Origin: a bacterium
GTDB lineage: Bacteria > UBA8248
Reading direction: 5' to 3'
Assembly: GCA_965207065.1 (NCBI GenBank)
Contig: OZ242260.1
Location: 3,680,001 to 3,744,000 of the forward strand
DNA length: 64,000 nucleotides
The first letter of the stretch is position 1. Every line of letters starts with the position of its first letter. The translations under genes were made by a program, and so were the position numbers. This document shows, piece after piece, positions 9,813 to 19,906 of the stretch. The notes beneath the pieces were generated by a model. That model searched no databases. It saw only the letters and a program-made list of their open reading frames with translations, and was not told the DNA's origin.

Positions 9813-10373
9813 ATGCGCGTTGTATGTTTTCATGGAAGACGCGAAATCGGCGGGGAGGACCTTTTCCTGAACGCTGCGCGCATCTTCGCCGGCGCAGCCA
9901 ACCGGGCCGGGTTCTCCGCCCAGGTGCGTACGCCAGGCTTCCCCTCCCCGCCCGGCTCGCCCGACAGGGCGGTGGTGAAAATTTCACGAGATCAATTCGC
10001 CGATCTCGCCATCCCGGCGGAGTATGATCTCGAAATCGTCTGCGACCCCCTCCTCGCCGTCGTCCCCCCGATGGGAAACGCCTTAAAGCCCGGCGGCGTC
10101 CTGGTCTTGAACACGCAAAACGTCATCCAAGGCCGCGAGATCCGCATCGCTTCGCTGGACCTGGACGCCATTGCCTCGGAGCACGCCGCTACGCCCGAGG
10201 CGACGCATCTGGGAGCGGCCCTTGCCGGCTGGGAAACGCTGGAGGGCGGGATATCTACCCTAAACGTCATCGAGGCGTACCGAGAGATCAGGGGCGAGGC
10301 CATGCCCGTGGCGGAAGAAGAAGCTCTATCCGAAGCCGTCTCGGCGACGCAAAGAGCATTAAATTCTGGATAG
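9813..10373 (+). CDS. Divergent 2-oxoacid:ferredoxin oxidoreductase gamma-subunit-like protein
   Basis: MRVVCFHGR start, RAVVKIS, DLEIVCDP, LKPGGVLVLN resemble PorC; canonical GRGGQG is degenerate; start uncertain. Confidence 0.6.
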   Translation: MRVVCFHGRREIGGEDLFLNAARIFAGAANRAGFSAQVRTPGFPSPPGSPDRAVVKISRDQFADLAIPAEYDLEIVCDPLLAVVPPMGNALKPGGVLVLNTQNVIQGREIRIASLDLDAIASEHAATPEATHLGAALAGWETLEGGISTLNVIEAYREIRGEAMPVAEEEALSEAVSATQRALNSG

Positions 10374-10548
10374 CGAGCAGTCGGACCGGGTGAGATCGCA
10401 TTTTTTGTGCTGCATTCATTCTTTTTCCCGAAATCTTCCCGTTTCCGTTGACCGCCCATTGGCGCAAAGTGTAGTTTGTGCGCATCGTTTCCGCCCGGTG
10501 GAAAATGAATAACTCCTCGCCTACCTCACCCGCCCACGGAAAACACGG

Positions 10549-11793
10549 ATGAAGCGACTCTCGCGCATAGGCGCGCTTTCCCTTTTGATCATCGCGCTCC
10601 TGGTTTATGGATGTTCTTCGTTTCACGAGAATTCTCTCGTGCGATTTTTTGCGCCCAAACCATTCGAAATCGGCCTTTGGGTGCAGGCGGAGGGCGCGAA
10701 CCGTACCTTCGACAGCGCAGAAAAAATCAAGGCGCTGGTGAAGCGATCTTGCACCGCAGGCGTGACGGACATCTACGCGCAGGTCTACCGCTCGGGCCGC
10801 GCGTGGTTTCCCACCAGACTGGCCGATGACTCCCCTTCAAGGCGCGCGGGACAAGACCCGCTGGCCTTGCTGCTCGATCTGGCCTCCCGAGAGGAGGAAT
10901 ACGGCTGCACCATCAGGGTTCATGCGTGGATAAATGCTTTCGCACTTGCGAGAAACAAGAAAGCGCCCATCATCCGCGAACTCGGGAAAGAAGCCGTGCT
11001 CAAGGATCAACACGGGCGCTCACTCCTCGAATATCCCCTTTCGGGAAAACCCGCATGGGCGAAAGGCTTCGGCCTCGGAACACCGGGAATATTTCTCGAC
11101 CCCGGCAATCCGGGCGTGCGGGGGCGCATCGTCGAGGTCTCGGCGCATCTCGTGCGGAACTATCCGCGACTTGCGGGCATCCATCTCGATTTCATCCGCT
11201 ACCCCTACGCGCTACCCATATCGCCGGGCTCTCGTTTCTCCCCGCGTCTTGATTTCGGCTACAGCGAGGCTTCGGTCGCCCGTTTCAAGCAAGAAACCAG
11301 GAAAACAGCGCCACGCGCTGGCGCGAGCGTGAAGCGGACGGACGCGGCGGCCTGGGACGCCTGGCGTCGCGCGCAAGTTACGGCGGCGGTGCAGGGCGTC
11401 TATGAGACAACTAGAGGTTTAAGGAAACAAGTTATTGTTTCTGCTGCTGTTCTCCCCTGGGCGGAACGGGCCTATCTCTCCGCGTTTCAGGATTGGCGCG
11501 GTTGGCTGGAAAGCGGGTTTCTGGATAAGGCCGTGGTCATGAACTATTCCCGCGATGAACATCTGGCCACCCAGATCAGCCGAAGCGCACTCGCCGCCAG
11601 GAGGGTGAGAACCCTGAATCCGCATACACCCAGGGTCGTCATCGGTTTAGGAGCTTATCTGTTCAGTAAAAATCCCGCGGGCCTATGGCGCGAATGGCGC
11701 GCCGCACGGGAGGCGGGAGCCGACGGCGTTGCCCTGTTCTCCTATGATCAGATGGTCGGGAAAGATGCGATGTGGCAATTCCCCGTTCGGTGA
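10549..11793 (+). CDS. GHL10/DUF187 glycoside hydrolase-like lipoprotein (YddW/DigH-like)
   Basis: Lipobox LVYGC; YAQV, RVHAWIN, LDPGNP, GIHLDFIRYP, FQDWRGWL, GVALFSY. Confidence 0.85.
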   Translation: MKRLSRIGALSLLIIALLVYGCSSFHENSLVRFFAPKPFEIGLWVQAEGANRTFDSAEKIKALVKRSCTAGVTDIYAQVYRSGRAWFPTRLADDSPSRRAGQDPLALLLDLASREEEYGCTIRVHAWINAFALARNKKAPIIRELGKEAVLKDQHGRSLLEYPLSGKPAWAKGFGLGTPGIFLDPGNPGVRGRIVEVSAHLVRNYPRLAGIHLDFIRYPYALPISPGSRFSPRLDFGYSEASVARFKQETRKTAPRAGASVKRTDAAAWDAWRRAQVTAAVQGVYETTRGLRKQVIVSAAVLPWAERAYLSAFQDWRGWLESGFLDKAVVMNYSRDEHLATQISRSALAARRVRTLNPHTPRVVIGLGAYLFSKNPAGLWREWRAAREAGADGVALFSYDQMVGKDAMWQFPVR

Positions 11794-11830
11794 ATTCGCC
11801 GCCAACCATTGGCGGACAAGCGTTTTGGGC

Positions 11831-11859
11831 TTGCGTGAAACTTATTGGATAGCTATAAT
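11831..11859 (+). promoter_or_regulatory. Putative sigma70 promoter for HU gene
   Basis: TTGCGT-N17-TATAAT. Confidence 0.65.
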
Positions 11860-12012
11860 TCGTCTCTAGAAACGTGAATACCCGCCCCGAACATCAATTC
11901 CGCCTAACACATTTTAGTTTCTGTTGTTGGACGTGGTTTCAGCAATTAGATGAGGCGTGAGCGCGCACGCACCGCCCGCGCGCCGCTCAGGGCGAAAAAG
12001 GAGAAGAAGAAA

Positions 12013-12285
12013 ATGAACAAAGGCGAACTCGCAGACGCCATCGCCGCGCAGGCAAACCTGAGCAAGTCGAGCGCACAGGGCGTAGTCGACGCATTCGTGG
12101 GCGCCGTAACCTCGGCGCTCCAGAGCGGAGACAAAGTAACGCTCACGGGCTTCGGCACTTTCAGCGTCTCCCAGCGGGCGGCCCGCAAGGCGCGCAACCC
12201 GAGAACGGGCGAAGAGATAACGGTGGCGGCGGCCACGGTGCCGAAGTTCAAGGCGGGAGCGGGCCTGAAGGCCTCCGTGAACTAG
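12013..12285 (+). CDS. hup: DNA-binding protein HU
   Basis: [42 protein letters not shown] before ATG 12013. Confidence 0.95.
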   Translation: MNKGELADAIAAQANLSKSSAQGVVDAFVGAVTSALQSGDKVTLTGFGTFSVSQRAARKARNPRTGEEITVAAATVPKFKAGAGLKASVN

Positions 12286-12532
12286 AACTTACAATCCCGA
12301 AGGCCGGGAAATCCGGCTCGACGCAGCAGAACCCCTGTAACCACGGGATAGTCCTGCCCTGAAGTACAAGGAATATGCGTGGACAACCGGGTGCGGGGAT
12401 AGGTTTGCCCGGACGAAGATCTGAAAATTGTCTTTGCTAATCAATCGGCGCAATAAGGGAGAACCGGGCTTTCGGTTTTCAGCGAAAATGATATTTTGAA
12501 GTTGCATTTCATTTCGGAATAAGGGAGCGGAA

Positions 12533-13342
12533 TCAAGAAATCATGCCGTCTATGGCGACCTCTCCTTCCCATGCCTCCCAGTCCGAAAGCGCATCCACGG
12601 ATTCGTCAATGAATTCCATGTAATCGCCCGTCATACGCGCTCCCTCTTCTATCAGGCGGCACGTCCTCTCCGTGTTCTCCTCGCTGAATGGCAGCCGGAG
12701 TTTTCTCAGGACAATCTTCGTCCGGCCCCCCACGAAGAGCTGGTCGACGTCGTGCATATCACCATAAAACTTGCGTGGCGCGCCGCGAGCCCGCGCGACT
12801 TTCTCCGGCGCACAACCATATAAAGCGCCGAGACCCTCGGCGTATTCCTGTTTCTGCGCGTCGCTCATCGCGTTCTGGGCGTCCCGGAGTTGCTCCCCCA
12901 CCGTCCCGTCGTCGAGATGTATGGCGTAATCCACTGCGATTTCTACCAGCACGTGCGCGAGGTAGTGAAGGGTCGACTCATCGGCCGAAACGTCCATTTC
13001 TTTCGTGAATTCACGCATCAGGGGAATGAGTTCGACCCCCTTGAGGTAGGTGTAGCCCCGCTTTTGGGAGGGAGACAGCCCGCCCCCCACCTTGGCGATG
13101 CTCCCGTAGTGACAGATGTTGTCGACCACCAGATGGCATTTCACCCACAAGAGTTTCGGGAATCGGCCCATGATCCCTGCCGGCGGGGTGAAGCGGTGGG
13201 TTTCCCTCGCCTTGAATTCCCCGGAGAGGGGCAAGGAATCGGGTGCTACGTTATAGACGTAGGCGTCTTCCCCTGCGTGGGGCATCTCGGGGTGACGCTC
13301 CAGCAGTTCCCGCAAAACCAGCGTGTGGCAGTTCGTGAGCAA
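12533..13342 (-). CDS. Hypothetical protein, probable Zn-dependent phospholipase C/P1-nuclease-like fold
   Basis: N-terminal His (TNCH), APD, HLVVDNICH, HVLVEIAVD metal-ligand spacing. Confidence 0.55.
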   Translation of the reverse strand: MLTNCHTLVLRELLERHPEMPHAGEDAYVYNVAPDSLPLSGEFKARETHRFTPPAGIMGRFPKLLWVKCHLVVDNICHYGSIAKVGGGLSPSQKRGYTYLKGVELIPLMREFTKEMDVSADESTLHYLAHVLVEIAVDYAIHLDDGTVGEQLRDAQNAMSDAQKQEYAEGLGALYGCAPEKVARARGAPRKFYGDMHDVDQLFVGGRTKIVLRKLRLPFSEENTERTCRLIEEGARMTGDYMEFIDESVDALSDWEAWEGEVAIDGMIS

Positions 13343-13355
13343 AACCCTCGCCTCC

Positions 13356-14186
13356 CTAAAGCGGCCCCGTCAATGAGTAGCGCCCATCGGCGCACGCGAC
13401 TTCTCCGGATTCCACGAATCTCTCCAGGTACAGCGATATCACGCGCGCGCCAAGGTCTTTCTGACGCTCGGGCAAATCCTGATAAACGAGGTCCGCGATC
13501 TTCGCTGGCGTATCGTGGCCTGCGTTCAGCGCCTCGAGATACTGCACACCGCGCATCTTGCGGTGCTCGATGAGCTCGTCGATTCTGGCAATCGGATCCT
13601 CGATCACCGGGCCGTGTCCCGGATAGATGAGACGGGGGGCGAGCTTCTTCACCTTCTCCAGCGAGTCGAGATAATCGCCCAGATTTCCCTTCGGCGCGAC
13701 CAGCGCCGTGGTCGATGGCAGGAGAATGTTGTCACCTCCCAGGAGAATCTCCTCCTCCTCCCACCAGAAAGAAAGATGCCCGGGAGAATGGCCCGGCGTG
13801 AGAATGGCTTCCAGGCGCATATCTCCCGACTCGATGAATTCCCCTTCCCTGATCGGTAAGACGGGAAGACCCGGCTGCTCTTCTTCCAGGTAGTCCATCT
13901 CCAGAGGGTGGGCGTAGGCCTGCACGCCAAATCTGTCGCACGCCGCCCTGGCGCCGCCCGAGTGGTCGAAGTGGTGATGGGTCAGAACCAGTTTCTCCAA
14001 CACGCCTCCGGTACGCGCCTCCACCCAGGAGAGCATCTCGGGAATACACTCGCGGTAGCCGGCGTCAAACAGGATGAAAGGCCCATCCCCGATGAGGACC
14101 ACCTCCACATGTTCCATGAACGAACCCTTAGGGGCTTCCAGCCTGTGGGTCTGGATAAGTTGCGAACCGGTCGATTTCACGTTCAA
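13356..14186 (-). CDS. MBL-fold metallo-hydrolase (LACTB2-like)
   Basis: THHHFDHSGG, TPGHSPGH, GGD, PGHG. Confidence 0.9.
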   Translation of the reverse strand: MNVKSTGSQLIQTHRLEAPKGSFMEHVEVVLIGDGPFILFDAGYRECIPEMLSWVEARTGGVLEKLVLTHHHFDHSGGARAACDRFGVQAYAHPLEMDYLEEEQPGLPVLPIREGEFIESGDMRLEAILTPGHSPGHLSFWWEEEEILLGGDNILLPSTTALVAPKGNLGDYLDSLEKVKKLAPRLIYPGHGPVIEDPIARIDELIEHRKMRGVQYLEALNAGHDTPAKIADLVYQDLPERQKDLGARVISLYLERFVESGEVACADGRYSLTGPL

Positions 14187-14367
14187 GAAAAATCCTCTCT
14201 CAGAATTTCATCCAGTGGAGAAAAACTTGCGGGGCCGAGGCCTCGATGAACCGCTCGAGACAACTTGCGTTCGTCCACTGCGAGAGAGACATTTCCTTCC
14301 CTCGCTATTCTCGAGGATGAACAGAAAATCATCGGCCCGGATTTTCGCCAGCCGGAAAAGAAGGTAT

Positions 14368-14395
14368 TTGACAGACACCGAAAATCTGTTATCTT
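14368..14395 (+). promoter_or_regulatory. Putative sigma70 promoter for ABC importer
   Basis: TTGACA-N16-TATCTT with upstream TG; short ACAGA/TCTGT inverted repeat overlaps it. Confidence 0.5.
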
Positions 14396-14547
14396 CACTA
14401 TCATAAAAACCCACAGACAGTAAAGAAAACAACCTATTATTGCGTCGTTTTCTATCGTCTGGGAGTTTTTCTGGGAAAAGCGAAGCAAGCGAAACTTTTT
14501 AACCGGGGCTATGTTCCCCACTCTATTCCTGTATGAGGAGATTTTCG

Positions 14548-15654
14548 ATGAAATTCCGTAGCCATTTATTTGTCGCCGCCGTCGTGGCGGTGGCCGTCTT
14601 CGCCTCGGGCGCGCTCGTATCCGAAGCGATGATGAAAAACCAGAAAGAGCTCGTACGCGCGGCGAAAAAAGAGGGCGCCGTGACGATCATTAACCCCCTG
14701 TTCAGTGACCGCACGGCCAAGCGCATGGGCCCCGCTTTCGCCAAGCACTATGGCCTCGGCAGTGGCTTCAAATTCCGTAACCTGCGCAAAGGCACCGGCG
14801 CCACCGTCTCCCAGGTGCGTCAGGAGATGCGGGCCAACAAGTTCACCGTCGACGTCCACGTGGTGAGCGCGCCCGGCTTCTTCGCCGCTGCCCATAAACG
14901 CGGCGCGTACCACAAGCTCGATAGCGCCGAGTGGAACAAACATTTCGCGGGAGTGATCAAAAAAGCCGGTCAGTACGCGAACTACCCCTACGTCGTCACG
15001 CCGCTGGCCTACACCTTCCAGCCGGTGTGGAACAGCGCCTGTAAGGGCATGGAGAAAATCAACGTGACGAAGTATGCCGACACCATCGCGAAGAACGTGA
15101 TGGGCCAGACCATCGCCGGCGACATCACGAAGAGCTTCACCTACACCAACACCGTCATCTCGCTCATCGAGAACGGCATGGACATGAACAAGTACTGGGA
15201 CGCCCTGAAAGCCACGAAGCCCGTCGTCATGTTCCGCACGGAGCCGAAGATGCAGGTGCTCATCAACTGCGAGCGCGGCCTCGACCCCTGGAACATTACC
15301 GGCCGTGTGTATCAGAACGTCATCAAGAAGCCCGACCTCGCTAAAGTCCTCAAGATAGGCTACTACGAAGAAGGCCAGGTCATGCTGGGCAACCAGGCGG
15401 CTGTCCTGAACGGCGCGCCGAACCCCAACGCCGGCAAACTGCTGGTTGAATTCCTCCTCACCAAAGAGGGCACCGACGTATACGTGGAAGGCGAGGCCGT
15501 CTACAGCTTCCGCGCAGGTTACAAGCCACCTAAGGTTGTGGCTCCCTACCTCCTCGACCTCAGCAAGCATAAGCTGCTGGGTCTCAAGGACTGGGTGTCA
15601 GCACAGAAGAAATTCAAGGCGACGCGCGCCGAATTCATCAAGCGCTTCAAGTAG
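14548..15654 (+). CDS. ABC transporter substrate-binding protein (Fe3+/polyamine/sugar-phosphate cluster)
   Basis: Signal peptide, AAKKEGAV, APNPNAGKLLVEFLLTKEG; GAGGAG RBS; upstream of permease and ATPases. Confidence 0.85.
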   Translation: MKFRSHLFVAAVVAVAVFASGALVSEAMMKNQKELVRAAKKEGAVTIINPLFSDRTAKRMGPAFAKHYGLGSGFKFRNLRKGTGATVSQVRQEMRANKFTVDVHVVSAPGFFAAAHKRGAYHKLDSAEWNKHFAGVIKKAGQYANYPYVVTPLAYTFQPVWNSACKGMEKINVTKYADTIAKNVMGQTIAGDITKSFTYTNTVISLIENGMDMNKYWDALKATKPVVMFRTEPKMQVLINCERGLDPWNITGRVYQNVIKKPDLAKVLKIGYYEEGQVMLGNQAAVLNGAPNPNAGKLLVEFLLTKEGTDVYVEGEAVYSFRAGYKPPKVVAPYLLDLSKHKLLGLKDWVSAQKKFKATRAEFIKRFK

Positions 15655-15673
15655 GACGAATATCGGTTGTTGC

Positions 15674-15722
15674 CCGGAAGGGTGGGAGCCTCTCAATAGG
15701 GGCTCCCACCCTTCCGGTTTTT
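15674..15722 (+). terminator. Intrinsic terminator / stabilising hairpin after the SBP gene
   Basis: Perfect 17-bp stem CCGGAAGGGTGGGAGCC/GGCTCCCACCCTTCCGG followed by TTTTT. Confidence 0.8.
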
Positions 15723-15941
15723 ATCATGAAACGGGAAATGAGCGGCGCGCCATGCCGCGAGGATTCAGTCGGGGATGGCCGAGAGCGCATCAGCCGCAAG
15801 CCCGGCGGAGCCTTCGCGAGATAGTGAGCCGTGAAGATATTCTATTAACTGACTCCCCCCGCGAATCAGCGCACTGGCTTGTGGGGAGAAACTTTTGAAG
15901 GCGGCGCATGATTCGCCGGAAAGATTTTATCTGATACAGCT

Positions 15942-17690
15942 ATGACCACAGACACTGCATCACCTCATATCGACGTTGCCCCACCGAGGGGCTGGCGCAC
16001 ATGGTTCACGCAGGAAAACCTCATTACGACCGTCGTCGGCATCATCGTGGCGGTGGCCGTCTTCCTGCCGCTAATCGCGCTCGTCATCAACAGCTTTCTG
16101 GTGCTCGACGACTTGGGCTTCGACACCGAATGGGGACTCCAGAACTACAGGGAGGTATTCCAGGGCCGCGTCATCAGAAAAGCCCTCGTCAATACCGCAC
16201 TCATCAGCACGGGCTGCACCATCCTGGCCACGCTGTTGGGCGTATCGCTTGCGTGGATCAACGCGAGAACCAACTGCCCGTTCAGAGAACAGCTCGAGCC
16301 CTTCAACCTCATCCCCTTCTTCCTGAGCCCTTTCGTCGGCGCCATCGCCTGGCACAACCTGGCTTCCCCGAAAGTCGGCCTCTTGAACAACATGGCGAAA
16401 AGCATTTTCGGCATTTCCTTCCCGCTGTTCAACGTCAACAATCTGTGGGGCGTCATCTGGGTGACGGGGATTTTCTTCGCCCCCCTCGTCTACCTGTTCG
16501 TGGTGGGTTCGCTCAGGCGCATGGACCCCTCTCTGGAGGACAGCGCCAGAACCACGGGAGCGGGCTTGCTCCGAACCACCATGACAATCACCCTGCCCCT
16601 GGTGACGCCCGCGATTCTCTCGGGCGCCATTATCGTGTTCGTGACGACGGCCGGGGAGTTCGGCGTACCCTTCAAGCTCTCCGCCCCCTTCGGCTGGGAG
16701 ACGCTGACCACGCAGATTTTCACAAAAGCGGTGGGTGATGACGCGAACCACTACCTCGGCGCCGCCATGAGCATGGTGGTGGGCGTGGTGACGGCGTTCT
16801 TCATATGGATTCAGCACAGAATCATCGCGCCTCGGGCCTATACGACGGTGACCGGCAAGGGCTTCCGGCCGAATTTAATCGACCTGGGGAGATGGAAGTG
16901 GCTGGCCTTCGGCTACAACGTGTTCTACGTGTGCGTCGCCGTTATTCTTCCCATCATCTGTCTTTTATTCGTGAGTCTTCACAAAATCTGGTCGGGGAGC
17001 GTCATCTGGTCGGAACTCACCTTTTGGAACTACCAGAAAGTGCTCTTTTTCTGGTGGCCCGAGAGCATCGACGCGGCCACCAACGGCATCATCAACAGCT
17101 TTATACTCGCGTTCGGCGGCGCTTCAATCGCCATGGTGCTGGCCATCATCGTGAGCTATATGATCCACCGCACCAAGGGCTTCGGTTCGAAAATGCTCGA
17201 TTTCCTGAGCGTCATCCCCATCGGGTTCCCCGGCATCGTGCTGGCCATGGGCGTTCTCGTCACCTACATCAAGACGCCCATCTACGCCACGCTGTGGATA
17301 CTGCTGCTCGGCTACATCACGCGCTTCTTCCCGTACGGGCAGCGGAACATCTCCTCCATCATGATGGCCGTATCGGAAGAACTCGACCAGAGTTCGCGCA
17401 TGGCGGGGGCTTCCTGGCTCACCACGCTCAGGAGAATCACGATTCCGCTTCTCAAGCCGGGCATTTTCGCCGGGTGGATTCTCCTGTTCGTCATATTCTT
17501 GAGGGAACTCTCCATCTCCATCATACTGTATTCCGTCGGCACGGAGACGCTCTCCGTCGGCGTGTATTATCTGTCCAATTTCGAAAACGAACCCATGACG
17601 GCGGCCCTTTCCATCGCGCAGACGGTCGCGCTTTTGATTTGCGTCGTCATTTTCCGAAAAGTAGCCGGCAAAGAGGCGCTTACCGCATAA
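15942..17690 (+). CDS. ABC transporter permease, duplicated domain (FbpB-type)
   Basis: Two EAA-like loops (LEDSARTTGA, LDQSSRMAGA); many TM segments. Confidence 0.9.
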   Translation: MTTDTASPHIDVAPPRGWRTWFTQENLITTVVGIIVAVAVFLPLIALVINSFLVLDDLGFDTEWGLQNYREVFQGRVIRKALVNTALISTGCTILATLLGVSLAWINARTNCPFREQLEPFNLIPFFLSPFVGAIAWHNLASPKVGLLNNMAKSIFGISFPLFNVNNLWGVIWVTGIFFAPLVYLFVVGSLRRMDPSLEDSARTTGAGLLRTTMTITLPLVTPAILSGAIIVFVTTAGEFGVPFKLSAPFGWETLTTQIFTKAVGDDANHYLGAAMSMVVGVVTAFFIWIQHRIIAPRAYTTVTGKGFRPNLIDLGRWKWLAFGYNVFYVCVAVILPIICLLFVSLHKIWSGSVIWSELTFWNYQKVLFFWWPESIDAATNGIINSFILAFGGASIAMVLAIIVSYMIHRTKGFGSKMLDFLSVIPIGFPGIVLAMGVLVTYIKTPIYATLWILLLGYITRFFPYGQRNISSIMMAVSEELDQSSRMAGASWLTTLRRITIPLLKPGIFAGWILLFVIFLRELSISIILYSVGTETLSVGVYYLSNFENEPMTAALSIAQTVALLICVVIFRKVAGKEALTA

Positions 17691-17694
17691 GACT

Positions 17695-18792
17695 ATGACT
17701 GATAACAACTATCTCCAGGTAGACTACCTCGTAAAATACTTCGGCGACGACCGCGCCGTGGACGGCATTTCCTTCGGCATTCCGGAGGGGAAATTCCTCA
17801 CCCTGCTCGGCCCCTCGGGCTGCGGGAAGACCACGACGCTCATGTGCATCGCCGGCCTCCACAAGCCGGACGCGGGCGAGATTCGCATCGGCGCGGACCC
17901 GGTCACCTCGATGGAGAAGCGCATCAACATTGCTCCCGAGAAACGCAACATCGGCATGGTTTTCCAAAGCTACGCCATCTGGCCGCACATGGACGTGACG
18001 CAGAACGTGGCCTATCCGCTCGAGATTCGTAACATGGCGCAATCCGAAATCGACGACCGCGTCGCCCATGCGCTCAAAATCGTCGGCCTCACCGACATGG
18101 CGGACAAAAACGCCACGCAACTCTCGGGCGGCCAGCAGCAAAGGGCAGCCCTCGCGCGCGCCATGGTCTTCCGGCCGCGCCTTCTGCTCTTCGACGAGCC
18201 GCTGAGCAACCTGGACCTGAAGCTCAGGGAACAGATGCGCGTCGAACTCAAGCGGATTCAGCACGAAATCGGCATCACCTCGATCTACGTGACGCACGAC
18301 CAGGCGGAAGCCCTCGTGATGAGTGACGAGATTATCGTGATGAGCAAGGGAAACATCGAACAATCGGGCGGCCCCCACGCCATCTACGCGCGGCCCGTGA
18401 ACAAATTCGTGAGCGATTTCATCGGCGTGGCGAATCTGACCGAGGGCAGAATCGTCGGAAACGGCGGTGCGGGAACGGGAACCATCGAGATAGCCCAGGG
18501 CGGTGAGGACGTACAACTTCCCTGCCTGCTCGCCGACGGACTCACGGAGGGCGACGACGCCTATCTCTCCGTTCGCCCCGAGAACGTGAACGCCTCGCGT
18601 AAGCCTGTGGACGGCCCCAGAATCGAAGGCGAGGTCATTCAATCGGTCTTTCTGGGCAACTGCCTCGATTGCCGGGTGAAGTGGGGAGAGTTCGAGTGGA
18701 AGGTGCTGGCGCATTCGAGAGAACGCCTGCGCGTGGGCGAAAAGGTGTACGTGAGCCTCGACCCCGATCATACGCTGGCCGTCAAGCCCTAG
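17695..18792 (+). CDS. ABC transporter ATP-binding protein (PotA/FbpC-type with TOBE)
   Basis: GPSGCGKTT, LSGGQQQR, LLFDEPLSNLD. Confidence 0.95.
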   Translation: MTDNNYLQVDYLVKYFGDDRAVDGISFGIPEGKFLTLLGPSGCGKTTTLMCIAGLHKPDAGEIRIGADPVTSMEKRINIAPEKRNIGMVFQSYAIWPHMDVTQNVAYPLEIRNMAQSEIDDRVAHALKIVGLTDMADKNATQLSGGQQQRAALARAMVFRPRLLLFDEPLSNLDLKLREQMRVELKRIQHEIGITSIYVTHDQAEALVMSDEIIVMSKGNIEQSGGPHAIYARPVNKFVSDFIGVANLTEGRIVGNGGAGTGTIEIAQGGEDVQLPCLLADGLTEGDDAYLSVRPENVNASRKPVDGPRIEGEVIQSVFLGNCLDCRVKWGEFEWKVLAHSRERLRVGEKVYVSLDPDHTLAVKP

Positions 18793-18804
18793 AGGATAAA
18801 GAGA

Positions 18805-19902
18805 GTGTCATTCGTCGAAATCACGAAACTGGTTAAATCATTCGGGCCCGAAGTGGCCGTGGCGGGCATTGATTTGTCCGTCGAGCAAGGGGAGTTCGTC
18901 ACCCTGCTGGGGCCATCGGGCTGCGGAAAAACCACTACTTTGAGGTGCATCGCCGGCCTCGAGCATCCCGACAGCGGGGATATTCAAATCGAGGGAGACT
19001 ACGTCACCTCCGCTACAAACGACGTTTTCCTGACGCCCGAAGAAAGAAACCTGGGCATGGTGTTCCAGAGCTACGCCGTCTGGCCGCACATGACGGTCTT
19101 CGACAACGTGGCATACGGCCTGAGGATACGGCGCGAAACCAGGGCTGCCATCAAGGAGAAAACGACGAAGGCGCTCAATCTCGTGGGCCTGGGCCATCTG
19201 GCCGAACGCTACGCCACCAAGCTCTCCGGCGGCCAGCGCCAGCGCGTCGCCCTCGCCCGCGCCATCGTCTACAACCCAAAAGTCGTGCTTTTCGATGAAC
19301 CCCTGAGCAACCTCGACGCCAAACTGCGCGAGCAGATGCGCATCGAACTCACGCGCTTGCAGCACGACGTGGGCATCACCTCGATTTACGTCACGCACGA
19401 CCAGACCGAGGCGCTCGTCATGAGCGACAGGGTCGTGGTGATGGACAAGGGCGTGATCCAGCAAATCGGCGACCCCGAATCCATCTATGCAGAGCCCACG
19501 AACGCGTTCGTGGCGAATTTCATCGGCGTGGCCAACTTGATGGAGGGCAAGCTGCTCGGCCACGACGGGGAGCTGACGGATATCGAAATTCCCCTTGGTG
19601 ACGGAAACGCACCCGTCCGCCTCAGGGCCACCGGCGCGGAAGGCGCGCCCGTAGGCGCAAGAATCATCCTGAGCATCCGTCCCGAGGATATCCTTCTGCA
19701 CCTCGAAAAACCGGCCGACGCATCGAACCTCATCGAAGGCGAGGTGATCGACACCGTATACCTGGGCAACTTCCTCGACTGCCAGGTCCAGGTCGGCCCG
19801 CATGAGGTCGGCGTGCAAATCGACCACTTCGAGGAACTCGACCTCGGCCAGAAAGTGTATCTCTCTTTCACACCCGACCACGGCCTGTGTCTCACTGAAT
19901 AA
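18805..19902 (+). CDS. Second ABC transporter ATP-binding protein (paralog)
   Basis: GPSGCGKTT, LSGGQRQR, VLFDEPLSNLD. Confidence 0.95.
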   Translation: MSFVEITKLVKSFGPEVAVAGIDLSVEQGEFVTLLGPSGCGKTTTLRCIAGLEHPDSGDIQIEGDYVTSATNDVFLTPEERNLGMVFQSYAVWPHMTVFDNVAYGLRIRRETRAAIKEKTTKALNLVGLGHLAERYATKLSGGQRQRVALARAIVYNPKVVLFDEPLSNLDAKLREQMRIELTRLQHDVGITSIYVTHDQTEALVMSDRVVVMDKGVIQQIGDPESIYAEPTNAFVANFIGVANLMEGKLLGHDGELTDIEIPLGDGNAPVRLRATGAEGAPVGARIILSIRPEDILLHLEKPADASNLIEGEVIDTVYLGNFLDCQVQVGPHEVGVQIDHFEELDLGQKVYLSFTPDHGLCLTE

Positions 19903-19906
19903 TCCC

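Noticed and set aside
11950..12012. Basic N-terminal extension on HU
   Set aside because: The AGGAG RBS sits before the canonical MNK start at 12013
12286..12532. Possible ncRNA between HU and the convergent hydrolase gene
   Set aside because: Only short hairpins; no recognisable tRNA, 6S, SRP or riboswitch consensus
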